Position numbers and translations under genes: made by a program. A stretch of 64,000 bases of DNA, taken from the NCBI RefSeq assembly GCF_009914755.1, contig NC_060926.1. One strand, 5' to 3'. Positions within the stretch are counted from its first letter, which is position 1; the number at the start of each line of letters is the position of its first letter. This DNA comes from the human T2T-CHM13v2.0 reference genome, Homo sapiens. Below the pieces are notes generated by a model that searched no databases, was not told the origin of the DNA, and was given only the letters and a program-made list of their open reading frames with translations. Below, piece by piece: positions 53,009-64,000 of the stretch.

Positions 53009-53359
53009 ATATAGAGGATGTACAGATAAGTGAAACTTTTTTTTTTTTTGCTTGCAAAGAGTTCCCATTCCAGGGCAGCGGGGGAGGAGGTGGTGGAGGA
53101 TTACTCTTGATACATTGTGATAAGTGCCCCCCAAGAACATCAGTACCCCTGATGAATGCTCTCTGAATTTTTGGACCTAACTACTTTCCTTTAGACAACA
53201 CTTACAACAAATCCACGTGGGCAGAGTAATTATTAAATAAAGTGGAGGGGGCCACAGAGCCAAATGAAGATACAGAGCCCTGTATTGAGCCTCCTTTCCT
53301 GGAGGCTCAAACTGGGAAGAAAACCTCTTTATTCATTTTAAAAACAAAGCCTTCACTCC

Positions 53360-54120
53360 ATTATTATTATTATAATGTTCATTATGGGAAATTTGGAAAA
53401 ATATATAAAAGTTGAAGGCATAAATAATTCTTAATATTTTGCTTTATTTCCTTTCAACTTTTTTTTTCTTCCTATGCTTGGTTTTTTACTTTGCATAGTT
53501 GTGATCATATAGAATGGATAAACTTGCAGACTGCCTATAAATTGGCATTCTTTCATTGTGTATGTGTTACTGCCACGGACATCTTTGTGCATAAAACTCC
53601 TCTTTATTTAGGGTTAAAAAAATAAATTCTCGGAAGTGAAATAATTAGTTTTAAACTATAAGTAATTTAAAGCTTTTGATATATACTGAAAATTGCTTTC
53701 GCAAGAGATTATTTCAATTACATTCTCACTGACAATGTATGAAATTGCCCTCAAAAGTTAATCTTAAAAATCATGAGCTGGGTAATATGATTTTAAGATA
53801 GTCAATGGTGAGATCAAGTTATGTATTTCTTGGAATAGATGAGATATATAAAAAGAGAACATAGTAATTTTTTAATAAGCTCTTGCTAATTTAACTTGCA
53901 ATATTGTTCCTTATTGAATTCAGTGTTCACAGTTCACATTTGTTACAGAAAGTTTAAATATCTGTTTTATAATGTTGAAAATACACTCTTCTGCGTTTAT
54001 AGTATAAAATCCTTACTGTATTTTAAATTTAGTTTTTTTGTGGCTGTGGCATTTCATACATATATACAGTGGTATTAATGTTTGTGATATCTCTGGTTTT
54101 GTGTGGCTATTTTATTCTTG
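53360..54120 (-). mobile_element. Degenerate L1ME fragments
   Basis: ACATCTTTGTGCATAAAACT, AAATTGCTTTC...CAATTACATTCTCACTGACAATGTATGA. Confidence 0.5.
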
Positions 54121-54529
54121 TTTGGAGAACTGTGGATGAGAGTTTTATCTCTATTTCTTTTTCTTTCCTTTATTCCTTTTTTTTTAAAAAAAATTTGGAA
54201 ACTGCCAAGCAAACAACCATCCCTCAATGAATGAGATAAATTAATTTGCCTTTTCCTGTTACAAGTTGAAACACAAAAATGTTATAGCAAAGAAAAAGTA
54301 TCCGGTTCCAATTTTATGGTTAAATCTCTTTGTCTGAAGGACCAGAAAAAGCTCTTCCTTGAAGTCAGTATAGAAATATGTTTTCACAACTTAGCAATAC
54401 ACTGAAATTCTTTAAGGGAGCTTTTATTTTTCCCTCCTACTTCAATTATAAAATTGGAGATGTAGCCTCATAAAGAGAGGAAAAAATCAATGATAGACTG
54501 AGTTGAAAACATTTGACAAGGAAATAATT

Positions 54530-54975
54530 TAAGACTGGTTCAACAAAGGGCACAGATTGCAGAAGAAGAAATGTAAATGACTAATATAATATAAAAAGGT
54601 CAGCTTCACTAATAATGACATGCAGATTGAAATGAAGTACAATTTCCACCTACCAAATTGGCAAAAATAAAGATATTCTTCAATGTTGATAAGGATACAG
54701 TGAAACACATTTGCAGACATCGCTGTTTGGGATGTAAATTCACATCAGCATTATAAAAATCAATCTAGCAATATGTATTAAGAACTTAAAAAGAGTTCAC
54801 ATCCTTTTTTACTCAATAATTTTTCTTTTATGGGGCTACTGTAAATTATTCAAAAATCTCTACAAATAGGTATATCCAAAGATGTTCATTGCATTGTTAT
54901 TTATAATAGCAAACTATTGCAAAGAACCTAAATATCCAACAATAGGAAATTGGTTGAGTACACTATGGTATAGAT
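54530..54975 (+). mobile_element. L1ME ORF2 3' fragment
   Basis: CACCTACCAAATTGGCAAAAAT, AAGATGTTCATTGCATTGTTATTTATAATAGC, CCTAAATATCCAACAATAGG. Confidence 0.8.
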
Positions 54976-54979
54976 ACCT

Positions 54980-55290
54980 TGCTACCTGGAGTGTGGTTCA
55001 AAGACCAGCCGCATTGCCCCATCCGAGACATAATGAATAAGAACCTGCATTTTAACAAGTCTCCCTGGTGATTGCTGTGCACATTGAAGTTTGAGAAGAC
55101 TTGTTCAGGTATAGGAGAAAGCAGTTCCCACCTGATATTCATTATAGGGGATTTTTTCTTTTTTTTTTTTTAAACAGAAAACATTCTCAGCCGGGGCACA
55201 CAGACTCTCTGATGGTAGAGGCAGATTATCTGTAGTTTTAGGAAGCTCACAGGCAATTCTGATTTACAGCCAAACATGAGAACAACAGAT
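54980..55290. mobile_element. MER5A1- and MER5B-like MITEs
   Basis: AGTGTGGTTCAAAGACCAGC...AACCTGCATTTTAACAAG...AGTTTGAGAAG; then AGGCAATTCTGAT...ATGAGAACAAC. Confidence 0.65.
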
Positions 55291-55689
55291 ATATAATGTG
55301 ATGCTACTGTTAAATCTGCTAACCTCTCTTTCTACTGCCTTCCACAGCACAAGTTAATTTAATGAATTACCTGATGTCTTACATTGAACAATCATACCAA
55401 AGACCACATATAGCATTTGCAATACGGAGGCCACTGAGGGTACTTTGTAGATATTGCCTAAGAGCCAGAATAGCATTACTTCCTCTGAGAGCAATACCTG
55501 GCACGTGAAGCTTGTTGAATATTGTTGAAGGAATGAGAAAGTAGGCAGGAACTCCTATGGCTTGCACACCTACACTCTGACATTCTGTTTCTATACTGTT
55601 TGTTGTTAGGTAAGAAATATTTTTTAGGTTCCCTAAATCCAGGCTTTACTGGCTTAGAAATTTGTTGTCAGGTATGATTTTGATTGTAT

Positions 55690-56720
55690 TGATGAGGATG
55701 CTGGCAGAAAATAAATGGCAAAGTTAAATTAGGAATTCAAGTTGAGTTTAATAAAGGCACTATTTACAAAGGTGCCAGGCAGAGTTAAAGGAAACCAACC
55801 ACAGGGAAGAAACAGTGGGGGTGGCTGCCACCCTGAGGTCGAGGTAAGGGGTAAAAGCAGGGTGGGGAGATGGGTAATGTCCCTTGGAGAGGGCTGTCTC
55901 ATATAAGCTGAAGCCTAGTAAAGAAATGCAATGCATTAAGCAGGCATTTATTTTCTGTATTCTGATGCATTGACAGCATGAGGCCTTGTTGACCCTCGAG
56001 AGATTCCCTCTCCCAGGGCTAGCAATTCCTGGAGTTGGCAAGCAATTCAACAGGGAGTACATCTTCTCTATGCAAACCAACCCATCCAGAGCCCAAACTC
56101 CAACCACCCCCTTTACTGGGCTTTTACACTCCAGGCCACCATCCCCCTCACATGATTACTCTAGGGCCAGGTACCAGACAACTAGGAATGGCTCCTATGC
56201 CCCAGAGCCCACTGAAATTATTCAAATGAGCCCATTCTAAACTTGCTCACCTTGCCTCTCCTGAGCCTTCCAGTGGAAACCACAATGAAAACTCTTGCCC
56301 ATGTGTCCCCAGCTCTCTCTGGCTCCTCAGTGACCCTGGTGCTTTCTCATATAACTCTCCTTTATGGCCTGCCACATCTGTGGTTTCTAGGGAGCTGTGA
56401 GTATAAACACTTCTGTCACAACAATTATTTCCGTGCCTGCATGCCTTAACCACACCTGATTAAAATAAATCCCGGGTACCTGATTAGAACACACAGCCAA
56501 TCCAGAGGCACGTGGCAGGAAGAAGTGGAAGAGAATAACCACTTTGCTTTCCCTCTCCACCTCCTGTTAGTGTCTCTGCAAGCCAAGCCAATCAGAAGCT
56601 AGTGGGGCAGGGAGCCCCAAGTGTAGCCCATGTACGTCAGGCTCTTGTGGCACAGAGGAGGGAGGGGAAAGGTGGCGAGTGCATCTGGAGCCATAAGAGA
56701 CAAAACCCAGCGTAGCAGCA
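55690..56720 (-). mobile_element. LTR33-like ERVL LTR split by a MER74-like LTR
   Basis: GAGTTTAATAAAGGCACTATTTACAAAGGTG...AAGGAAACCAAC on the left; GCCAATCAGAAGCTAGTGGGGCAGGGAGCCC on the right. Confidence 0.65.
55918..56490 (+). mobile_element. ERVL solo LTR (MER74-like)
   Basis: CTCCCAGGGCTAGCAATTCC, ATGCAAACCAACCCATCCAGAGCCC, GGGCCAGGTACCAGACAACTAGG. Confidence 0.75.
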
Positions 56721-57315
56721 ATGGACCCATGACAGCGAGAATAACATGGAAGCAGCTCTTGCTTTCTGGTCTTCCTAGTCTCAACACATTGGCTAAATGT
56801 ATGAATCCAGTTTCTGGTAACATCTTTATCTTTGTCTTTGACTCACAACACAGACAAGGAGAAGAGAGCAAGCAGCATTTTTCCCCCCATGAGTTTCTTG
56901 TCAAAGCATTAAGGTTTTAGGTGGATAATATCTATAAAAGACAAGAATTACAAACCACTTTATCAAAGGAAAACCACATATGGAGTTTTCACTTGCCAAT
57001 GGATATGTTCTGCTGAAAGCTCCAATTGGATGTGGTTGTCTTTTTTTGGTCTTTTATACCCAGAGACACAGGCAACAGACACTAAGAATGTAGAACCTCA
57101 TTTTCCTCCTTCATGAGCGTATTGCCTTTAGAAATATCATAGACTCATTCTTGAACTTCTATCTCTTGCTCTTTGAACATAACTCTCAAGTGTTTTGATG
57201 ATGGGTAGGTCCCTTCATCTCCAGCGTCTACCTCTTTCAATTTGCAGCAATAGTAGAAAGAAGTTCTGAGTGGAAGAAAGCCACAAGAAGAATAAAACGG
57301 TTTTTACACAAATGA

Positions 57316-57700
<385 letters not shown>

Positions 57701-59982
57701 TAAGGTCCTTTAAAGATCACAGTGTGATGCAATAGTGTTTTCAAGCAAGTGGGGGCCATCACTGCAGCTAACAGTAATCTGGATCTTGACTTAGCCTCTG
57801 CATCTCAGGTGACCAACTTAATTCCTGGGCTGTGTATAGTGGCTTGGAATGCAGATACACAAAACTACAAGAAGTTTCTAATGAAGTGGTGCTTGAACTC
57901 TGCCTTACAGGCACGTGGGGAGTAGTCCATTGGCATGAAGGTGAGAACGCAGAAATAAAAAGCGGGATGGAGGCCATTTTTATGTATTTTAACTTCCAGT
58001 GCATCTTGTGCTTTAGATGACTAATGCCCTCTGTGAACTTCTGCGAGTGGAACCAAAACTGTTTAATGAATAAGTGACTTTTAGTGCTTTATTTTTACCT
58101 AGAGCTTCATTTGAAATAGATCATCATTAGCTTTATGGTTTTAATTGTATTGGAATTTCTTATTGTAACCTATTGCTTTATTGCATTAGTCCATTAACCT
58201 GGGTGCTACGGAGCATAGTTTTAGAGCCTGTATTTATATCTGGACTAATTGCATGGATGCTTCCTTATAGGGTGAGATATTTTTCAGATAATCACAGGAA
58301 AAATCATCTGAACCCCTTTCCAAACTTCAGGGTCTAGGAAATAACCAAACCAAATCCAAAAGACCCTGAAGATTATTCTGAACTTTTCTTACTTTGAAAT
58401 ACCTACCACTCTATCAACAAGGAATTGCAAAATAGTAATTCTCACAATATGTGTTGCTCCCACATGTTTTTCATTTGGCAGTGCTGTGGGACGCTTTGGT
58501 TGGCTGGCTCCCCAATCAAATCCAGGTGGTTAATGGTCACAAACTGGGGGACCATGAGGGGAACTGTACCTTGTTCATTAGGGCAAATGGAGATGGAGTG
58601 TCCAGGCCACTGGCTGAGGGCCTAGAATCTCAGACAAACTAAGAATGACCAAGGCCCAGCTCTCTCTTCCTTTGCTAATAACCTGGAAGGTGGCACAGCT
58701 GTTAACACCAAGTTGACCCAAAGCATTTCTTCCCAGGGTGGGAAAGTGACTGATGGAGACTCCAGCATGTTCAGATCACACAGGGTGTTTTTTACTTCTC
58801 CTGGAGGAAGAAACACTGAAGTTAGAATTGGGCCCTTTGTAACCTCGCATATGCTCAACAGCAGGAGTGTTTATAATGCCCATCAACCAGGCTTTCCGCT
58901 GCACCTGTTGGTGGACCAGCTGCAGAAAGCAGGTGTATCTGGGGACAGAGAGGACGGGTGACTGTGGAGAATGCTGAGGGCTGCCAGATGTGGTCCACAT
59001 AAACACTGGGCCAACAGCTGGGAGACAGGAAAGATGTGGATTTAATTAAAAATGACGTGCAAATTTGATTATTAATTTCAAGCCACTGTGTGAATGTAAC
59101 ATACATACATACATACATATATACACATATATAATATGTATTTCAAATGACTGAATGGAATGTGTTAATGGAAGCATGAGTTTCACTTTTCACTAATTCC
59201 ATGCACTTTATATTTTGTTCATTGGTCCACATGATTGTTCATCATATTTCCATGTCCATTAAAAAAACTTTCCCAGGCAGGAAGCTAAAATTCTAGTTTA
59301 ATTGGAAATGCCTTGCAATCCCAGGAATACAACCTTGTCAACTGAAACAGATAAACTGAATCAGGTGACCTCTGACACTTGCATTTATAACTGGACTAAC
59401 ATGAATACATTCATTGTAGCATGGGAGACTTTGACCACAACTGTGTGCTGTGGACTCTTATGAGATTGAGCTAACTCCTTAGTTTTCATTTGCCATCTTC
59501 ACCAGAGCTGAGACATAGCAGTGCCTCATGAGAAGGGTGGAACTCACGGGGCTATTGACACGGCCTTGCTAGACTCCGTAGATGGCCCATAGGATATGTA
59601 GGAAGCCTGGGGAGAATTTGCTGTGGTTGGCTTTGGAAGACCAGGTGTGTTGTAGGTCTTACCAGTGATGAGTCTGGAGGCATGAGGCATCCATCATTCA
59701 TTACTTAAAAGAGCTGAGAGTGAGGATAATCTCTACCTTGGAAACAACACCTGATTGGACAGTGTTCCGTGGTATTTAAACTTAAAACTGGTACTGGCCA
59801 AGGAAGACAGTCAAAACGTTTTGGCATCAGAGAGGAGGGCAAAATCAGAGGTCTGAAACATACTGTCTCTTGAGGTTTTCAGGGGGTTCTCCCTCCTACC
59901 TTAATGTGTCACATTCTCCATATTCTTTTAGGACATTGGTTCTCATCTGAGCGCCCCTTGAAACTGTAGGCAAAATGTTGTG

Positions 59983-60036
59983 TACACACACACACACACA
60001 CACACACACGTATATATATATATCTACACACACACA
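59983..60036. repeat. Compound (CA)n(TA)n(CA)n microsatellite
   Basis: Direct reading. Confidence 0.95.
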
Positions 60037-60133
60037 TTGAATTGCACATTTTTCTCAATGGTGGTTAGTACGTAATTTTCTTTGGATTCTCAAAGTTCTC
60101 AAAAGCTTAAGACCTAAGGAGAGCAGTGTTTCT

Positions 60134-60792
60134 TTTTTTTTATTTATTATACTTTAAGTTCTGGGATACATGTGCAGAATGTACAGGTTTGTTACATATG
60201 TATACATGTGCCTATGTGTATACTATGTGTATTGTTGCTGCACCCATCAACCCATCATCTACATTAGATATTTCTCCTAATGCTATCCCTCCCCCAGCCC
60301 CCCAGCCCCTGACAGGCCCTGTTGTGTGATGTTCCCCTCCCTGTGCCCATATGTTCTCATTGTTCAACTCCCACTTATGAATGAGAACATGCAGTGTTTG
60401 GTTTTCTGTTCCTGTGTTACTTTGCTGAGAATGATGGTTTCCAGCTTCATCCATGTCCCTGCAAAGGACGTGAACTTATCCTTTTTTATGACTGCATAGT
60501 ATTCCATGGTGTATATGTACCACATTTTCTTTAGTCTATCATTGATGGGCATTTGGGTTGGTTCCAAGTCTTTGCTGTTGTGAACAGTGCTGCAATAAAC
60601 GTATGTGTGCATGTGTCTTTCTAGTAGAATGATTTATAATCCTTTGGGTATATACCCAGTAATGGGATTGCTGGGTCAAATGGTATTTCTAGTTCTAGAT
60701 CTTTGAGGAATCGCCACTCTGTCTTCCACAATGGTTGAACTAATTTACACTCCCGCCAACGGTGTAAAAGCATTCCTATTTCTCCACATCCT
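60134..60792 (-). mobile_element. 5'-truncated L1PA (about L1PA7/8)
   Basis: ORF 60364-60612 ends in the L1 ORF2 C-terminus (YTMEYYAVIKK...MFSFISGS); TSD AGGAGAG(CA/TG)GTGTTTCT at 60117-60133 and 60793-60809. Confidence 0.96.
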
Positions 60793-61109
60793 AGGAGAGT
60801 GGTGTTTCTAAGGAGAGCAACTTATTTCTCTTGAGGAAATGTCTTCATGGCAAGAAATAATGATAACAGCAGTAACAACAATAGTAAGTTAATACTTATG
60901 GCATTCATGATGTTCCAGGCATCATCTGAGCACTTTACAGATGTTAGCTTGTTTAATAAGGCATCTGTAGTTGTCAAAAAGAAAACAGAGTATTGTGCCA
61001 TACTTTATAACTACTCTTCCTTGAAGGAATTCCATTTCTCTAGCATGATTCCAATGCCTTCTCTGCTCTGATTTTGAATGTCAACCCTTTTCAATGTTTA
61101 TTTACCCAA

Positions 61110-61801
61110 TGTATTAGTTTTCTATGCAGCATAAAACATTACCATGAATTTAGTGGCTTGAAAAAACACCCCTTTATTATGTCACAGTTTCTGCGGGCTG
61201 GGAGTGCAGGCAAGGCTTATCTGGGTTTTGTGTTAGGGGCTCACCAGACGTTAATACAGGTGTTGGCTGGGGCCATGGTCTCATCCAAGGTTTTGTTGGG
61301 GAAATAACTGCTTACGTGCTCCATTTAAGATTGTGGGCAGAATTCATCTTCTTTTCTTGTTGTGGGCAGAATTCATCTTCTTTTCTTCTTTTCTGTTGCC
61401 TGGAGGCAGTTCCTTGTGCTACAGCCCTTTTATAACATGGCAGCTTACTTCTTCAAAGCCAGCAAAGGAACCTCTGTCTCCTGTCTGATAATCATAGGCA
61501 TCAGATGATCATAGGCATATAGGATGATCATAGGTATAATAGCCTGTGATAGCCTATCATAGGCATAATAGCCTATGATAGCCTATCATAGGCATAATAG
61601 CCTAAGGCATAGGCTTATAGGATGATCATAGGCATAATAGCCTGAGACTTATAATGTAACCTAATAAAGGGAGTGACATCCTGTCACCTGTAGCATATTC
61701 TGTGGATCAGAAACAAGTCACAGGTTCCACTCAAACACAAGGAGAGAGAATTTTGCGGGGGTGTGACTCATTGGAGGTCACCTTGGGTGTGTTGCCCACT
61801 A
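61110..61801 (-). mobile_element. MaLR solo LTR (MLT1E-like) containing two local duplications
   Basis: TGTATTAGTTTTCTATG...AATTTAGTGGCTTGAAA...ACATGGCAGCTTACTTCTTCAAAGCCAGC. Confidence 0.85.
61487..61643. repeat. Self-complementary mosaic minisatellite built from ATCATAGGCAT / AATAGCCT units
   Basis: Six ATCATAGG copies, a 29-bp tandem unit, and inverted GCCTATGAT. Confidence 0.92.
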
Positions 61802-62039
61802 TTGAGTGCACACTATATGCTCAAAAACTGTTGATTGGGTGCCCACTATGTGCCAGCATAGCTTTAGTTGCTTGCTTGAAATATACATCAGGGAGCATCA
61901 TTTTCCTTTTTCACTTTTCCTTCTAGTCCAGAGGGAGCATTATCTGCTTCCCAGATGTGCTGTGTCCACCTGCATTGCTGAGTCTTTGCTTCCAGCTGTG
62001 CTCCCAGCTTGGGGTGCCCTTCTATGTCCTCTTTCTCAG

Positions 62040-62302
62040 TTATAATCCTTGTCAGACTAAAAGGCTCAGCTCAATTTCTGTGGCTTTCCCGAAACCTTTC
62101 CTGATCCCTAAATCATTGTGGGTGGCATGGGAGCACTTGGTTGTACCTCTCTTGTAGCAAGCATTTAATTCTGAGTTGTATTGTAGTTACTTGTGTAAAT
62201 ATCTATTTACTTCAACAAAGGGATCATGTTCTACACGTTGTTGTCAATTTTTTGGCCTCATTTTCACATGGGAAGTACTAAATAAATGTTTGTTGAATGA
62301 AC
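62040..62302 (+). mobile_element. L2 3' end
   Basis: AAGGCTCAGCTCAA...GAAACCTTTCCTGA...AATAAATGTTTGTTGAATGAA. Confidence 0.7.
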
Positions 62303-63740
62303 TTCCCCCAGACAGTTGACCCTACTTTTAATTTTTTTCCTTTTTCCAGGAATAAAAATAATCAACAATCCATCTTTAGCATAGGTTTGAGTTTCTGTCT
62401 GTAAAATGGGGACAGAAAGGTTGCCTCTAGCTCTTTTCTTTTCTCTTCCCGTTAGCCCCAGTGAACTATAGCAATGGCCCCTGCAGGGCCCACCTAGGAC
62501 CTGTTAGCTTAGCTTGAAAAGATCCAAAGGTGAAGGCTATGGAACCTCCCAATTTCGCAGTGTTCTAGTTCTTAGTGAGGTCTTATGCCCCTCTTGCCCT
62601 GCATTTCCTTCCTGTCATTTTGATGCCTATAGCAGAACTTACTGCTGAACAATCAGTGCTGGTCCTGCTGAAAACGCATCGAGACTGGGTGGCAGACTGG
62701 CTTTCCAGCCACTGAAACGAGTTTCTGGTGGGGCCTGTCATCCCAGCAGCAGTTTAGGTGCTTTTGCTCAATGTGAAGTTGCATTTTATTTTCCCTAATT
62801 ACTGACTGGATGTTAGAAATGGTTTGGCATTCAATTCTTTAGCTCCGTGTAAGGCAATAAACCGCTTCATCATACAATCCATTTAATTAATTACCTTTCA
62901 TTTTGCGGGTGCTGTTAGTATGACGTCGATAAAATATAATCCAAATGTTTTCTGATGCAGTGTTGCCTTTCTGTCTCCTTACCCTGGGGCTTATTACCTC
63001 CTGGAGCAAGATTTAAAAAAAATTAAAAAGCAGAGGAAAGGGAAATTCAGGTAAAGCAGCAAGAAATATTCCTGACATTGGACTCTGCAAAGGCAAAGGG
63101 TCTAGCATTGATTTCTTACATTTAATATGATACTAAAGTGAACCAGATATTGCAAAGCTGGAAAAGAAAATAATCTGCGTTGGCAGAATGGTCCTTTATG
63201 GATAATGTGGATGTGATGTAGTTACTGTCCACTGCAGGCAGGATTACTGGCTGTCCTTGCAGTTGCTTTCTCTCTCCACCTTCCCCAGGTCATCCATGTC
63301 CCTTTCTGAATCTCCCACAAATGAAAGAAACACATATCAAAACAGCTGTTCCTATAAGGCAACATCAGGAAGACTTGGGATTTGCAGTTCATCCAGTGAA
63401 TAATTCTTTATTGAGGTGGCTCTACAGAGACGGGCCATGCTCCAAGAGAGCCGAAGAAAGAACTGGTCCATATCTGAGCTTGACTCTTTGGCCATTCAAA
63501 AGGGTGTCTAGGGATGGGAAAGGCCGATGGGTCATTTGGAAAGCTCTCGGCATAAGTGGGACCATGAACAAGTTCCAAGCTGGGTCTGTGGTAAACCATT
63601 TGTTCAATATTAAGAGAGTGATGATGGAAGACCAAAGGAACATGTAGTCTGTGAAGTTAAGGACTGTTCAGTGTCAGGGAACAGATGATGATGGAGATTT
63701 CCTCTAGATATCTTGCTTGCATGTCCCTGCGACACATTAA

Positions 63741-64000
63741 TTTTTTCTTCTTTTTTGAGACAGGGTCTTGCTCTATTGCTCAGGCTAGAGTGCAGTGGCA
63801 TGATCATGACTCACTGCAGCCCTGACCTGCTGGGTTCAAGTGATCCTCCTCCCTCAGCATCCTGAGTAGCTGGGACTATAGGCATTTGCCACCACATCTG
63901 GCTAATTAAAAATTTTTTTTTTTGTAGAGATGGGGTCTTACCATGTTGTACAGGCTGGTCTCGTAACTGCTGGGCTCAAGCAGTCCTCTCATCTTGGCCT
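63741..64000 (-). mobile_element. AluJ (cut by the window end)
   Basis: GAGACAGGGTCTTGCTC...GATCATGACTCACTGCAGCC...GGGCTCAAGCAGTCCTC. Confidence 0.93.

Noticed and set aside
61487-61643. CRISPR-like repeat array
   Set aside because: No unique spacers, irregular units, primate context, no cas genes

Overview
Primate (very probably human) euchromatic non-coding DNA. It carries Alu J/S/Y, L1PA, THE1/MST and many ancient mammalian repeats (L2, MIR, CR1/L3, MLT1, MER). No protein-coding exon, RNA gene, CpG island or CRISPR-like system is supported. The long ORFs in the track are Alu, microsatellite, L1 or MaLR read-throughs. Repeat subfamily names are from recalled consensus sequences and need RepeatMasker/Dfam confirmation; most boundaries are approximate unless a target-site duplication (TSD) is given. 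The most notable observations are: (1) a ~1.45 kb fossil hAT-Tip100/ZMYM1-type transposase that the ORF track misses; (2) a complete MSTA provirus with a perfect TSD, carrying nested THE1 and Alu insertions; (3) several + strand candidate non-coding exons, plus an antisense bias of young retroelements, suggesting the window lies inside a + strand transcription unit; (4) LTRs retaining DUX4 and OCT4/KLF/YY1 motifs; (5) local templated-duplication scars (a MER82 piece re-copied ~1.7 kb away, and a self-complementary mosaic repeat). I could not identify the locus and do not claim a new biological system.
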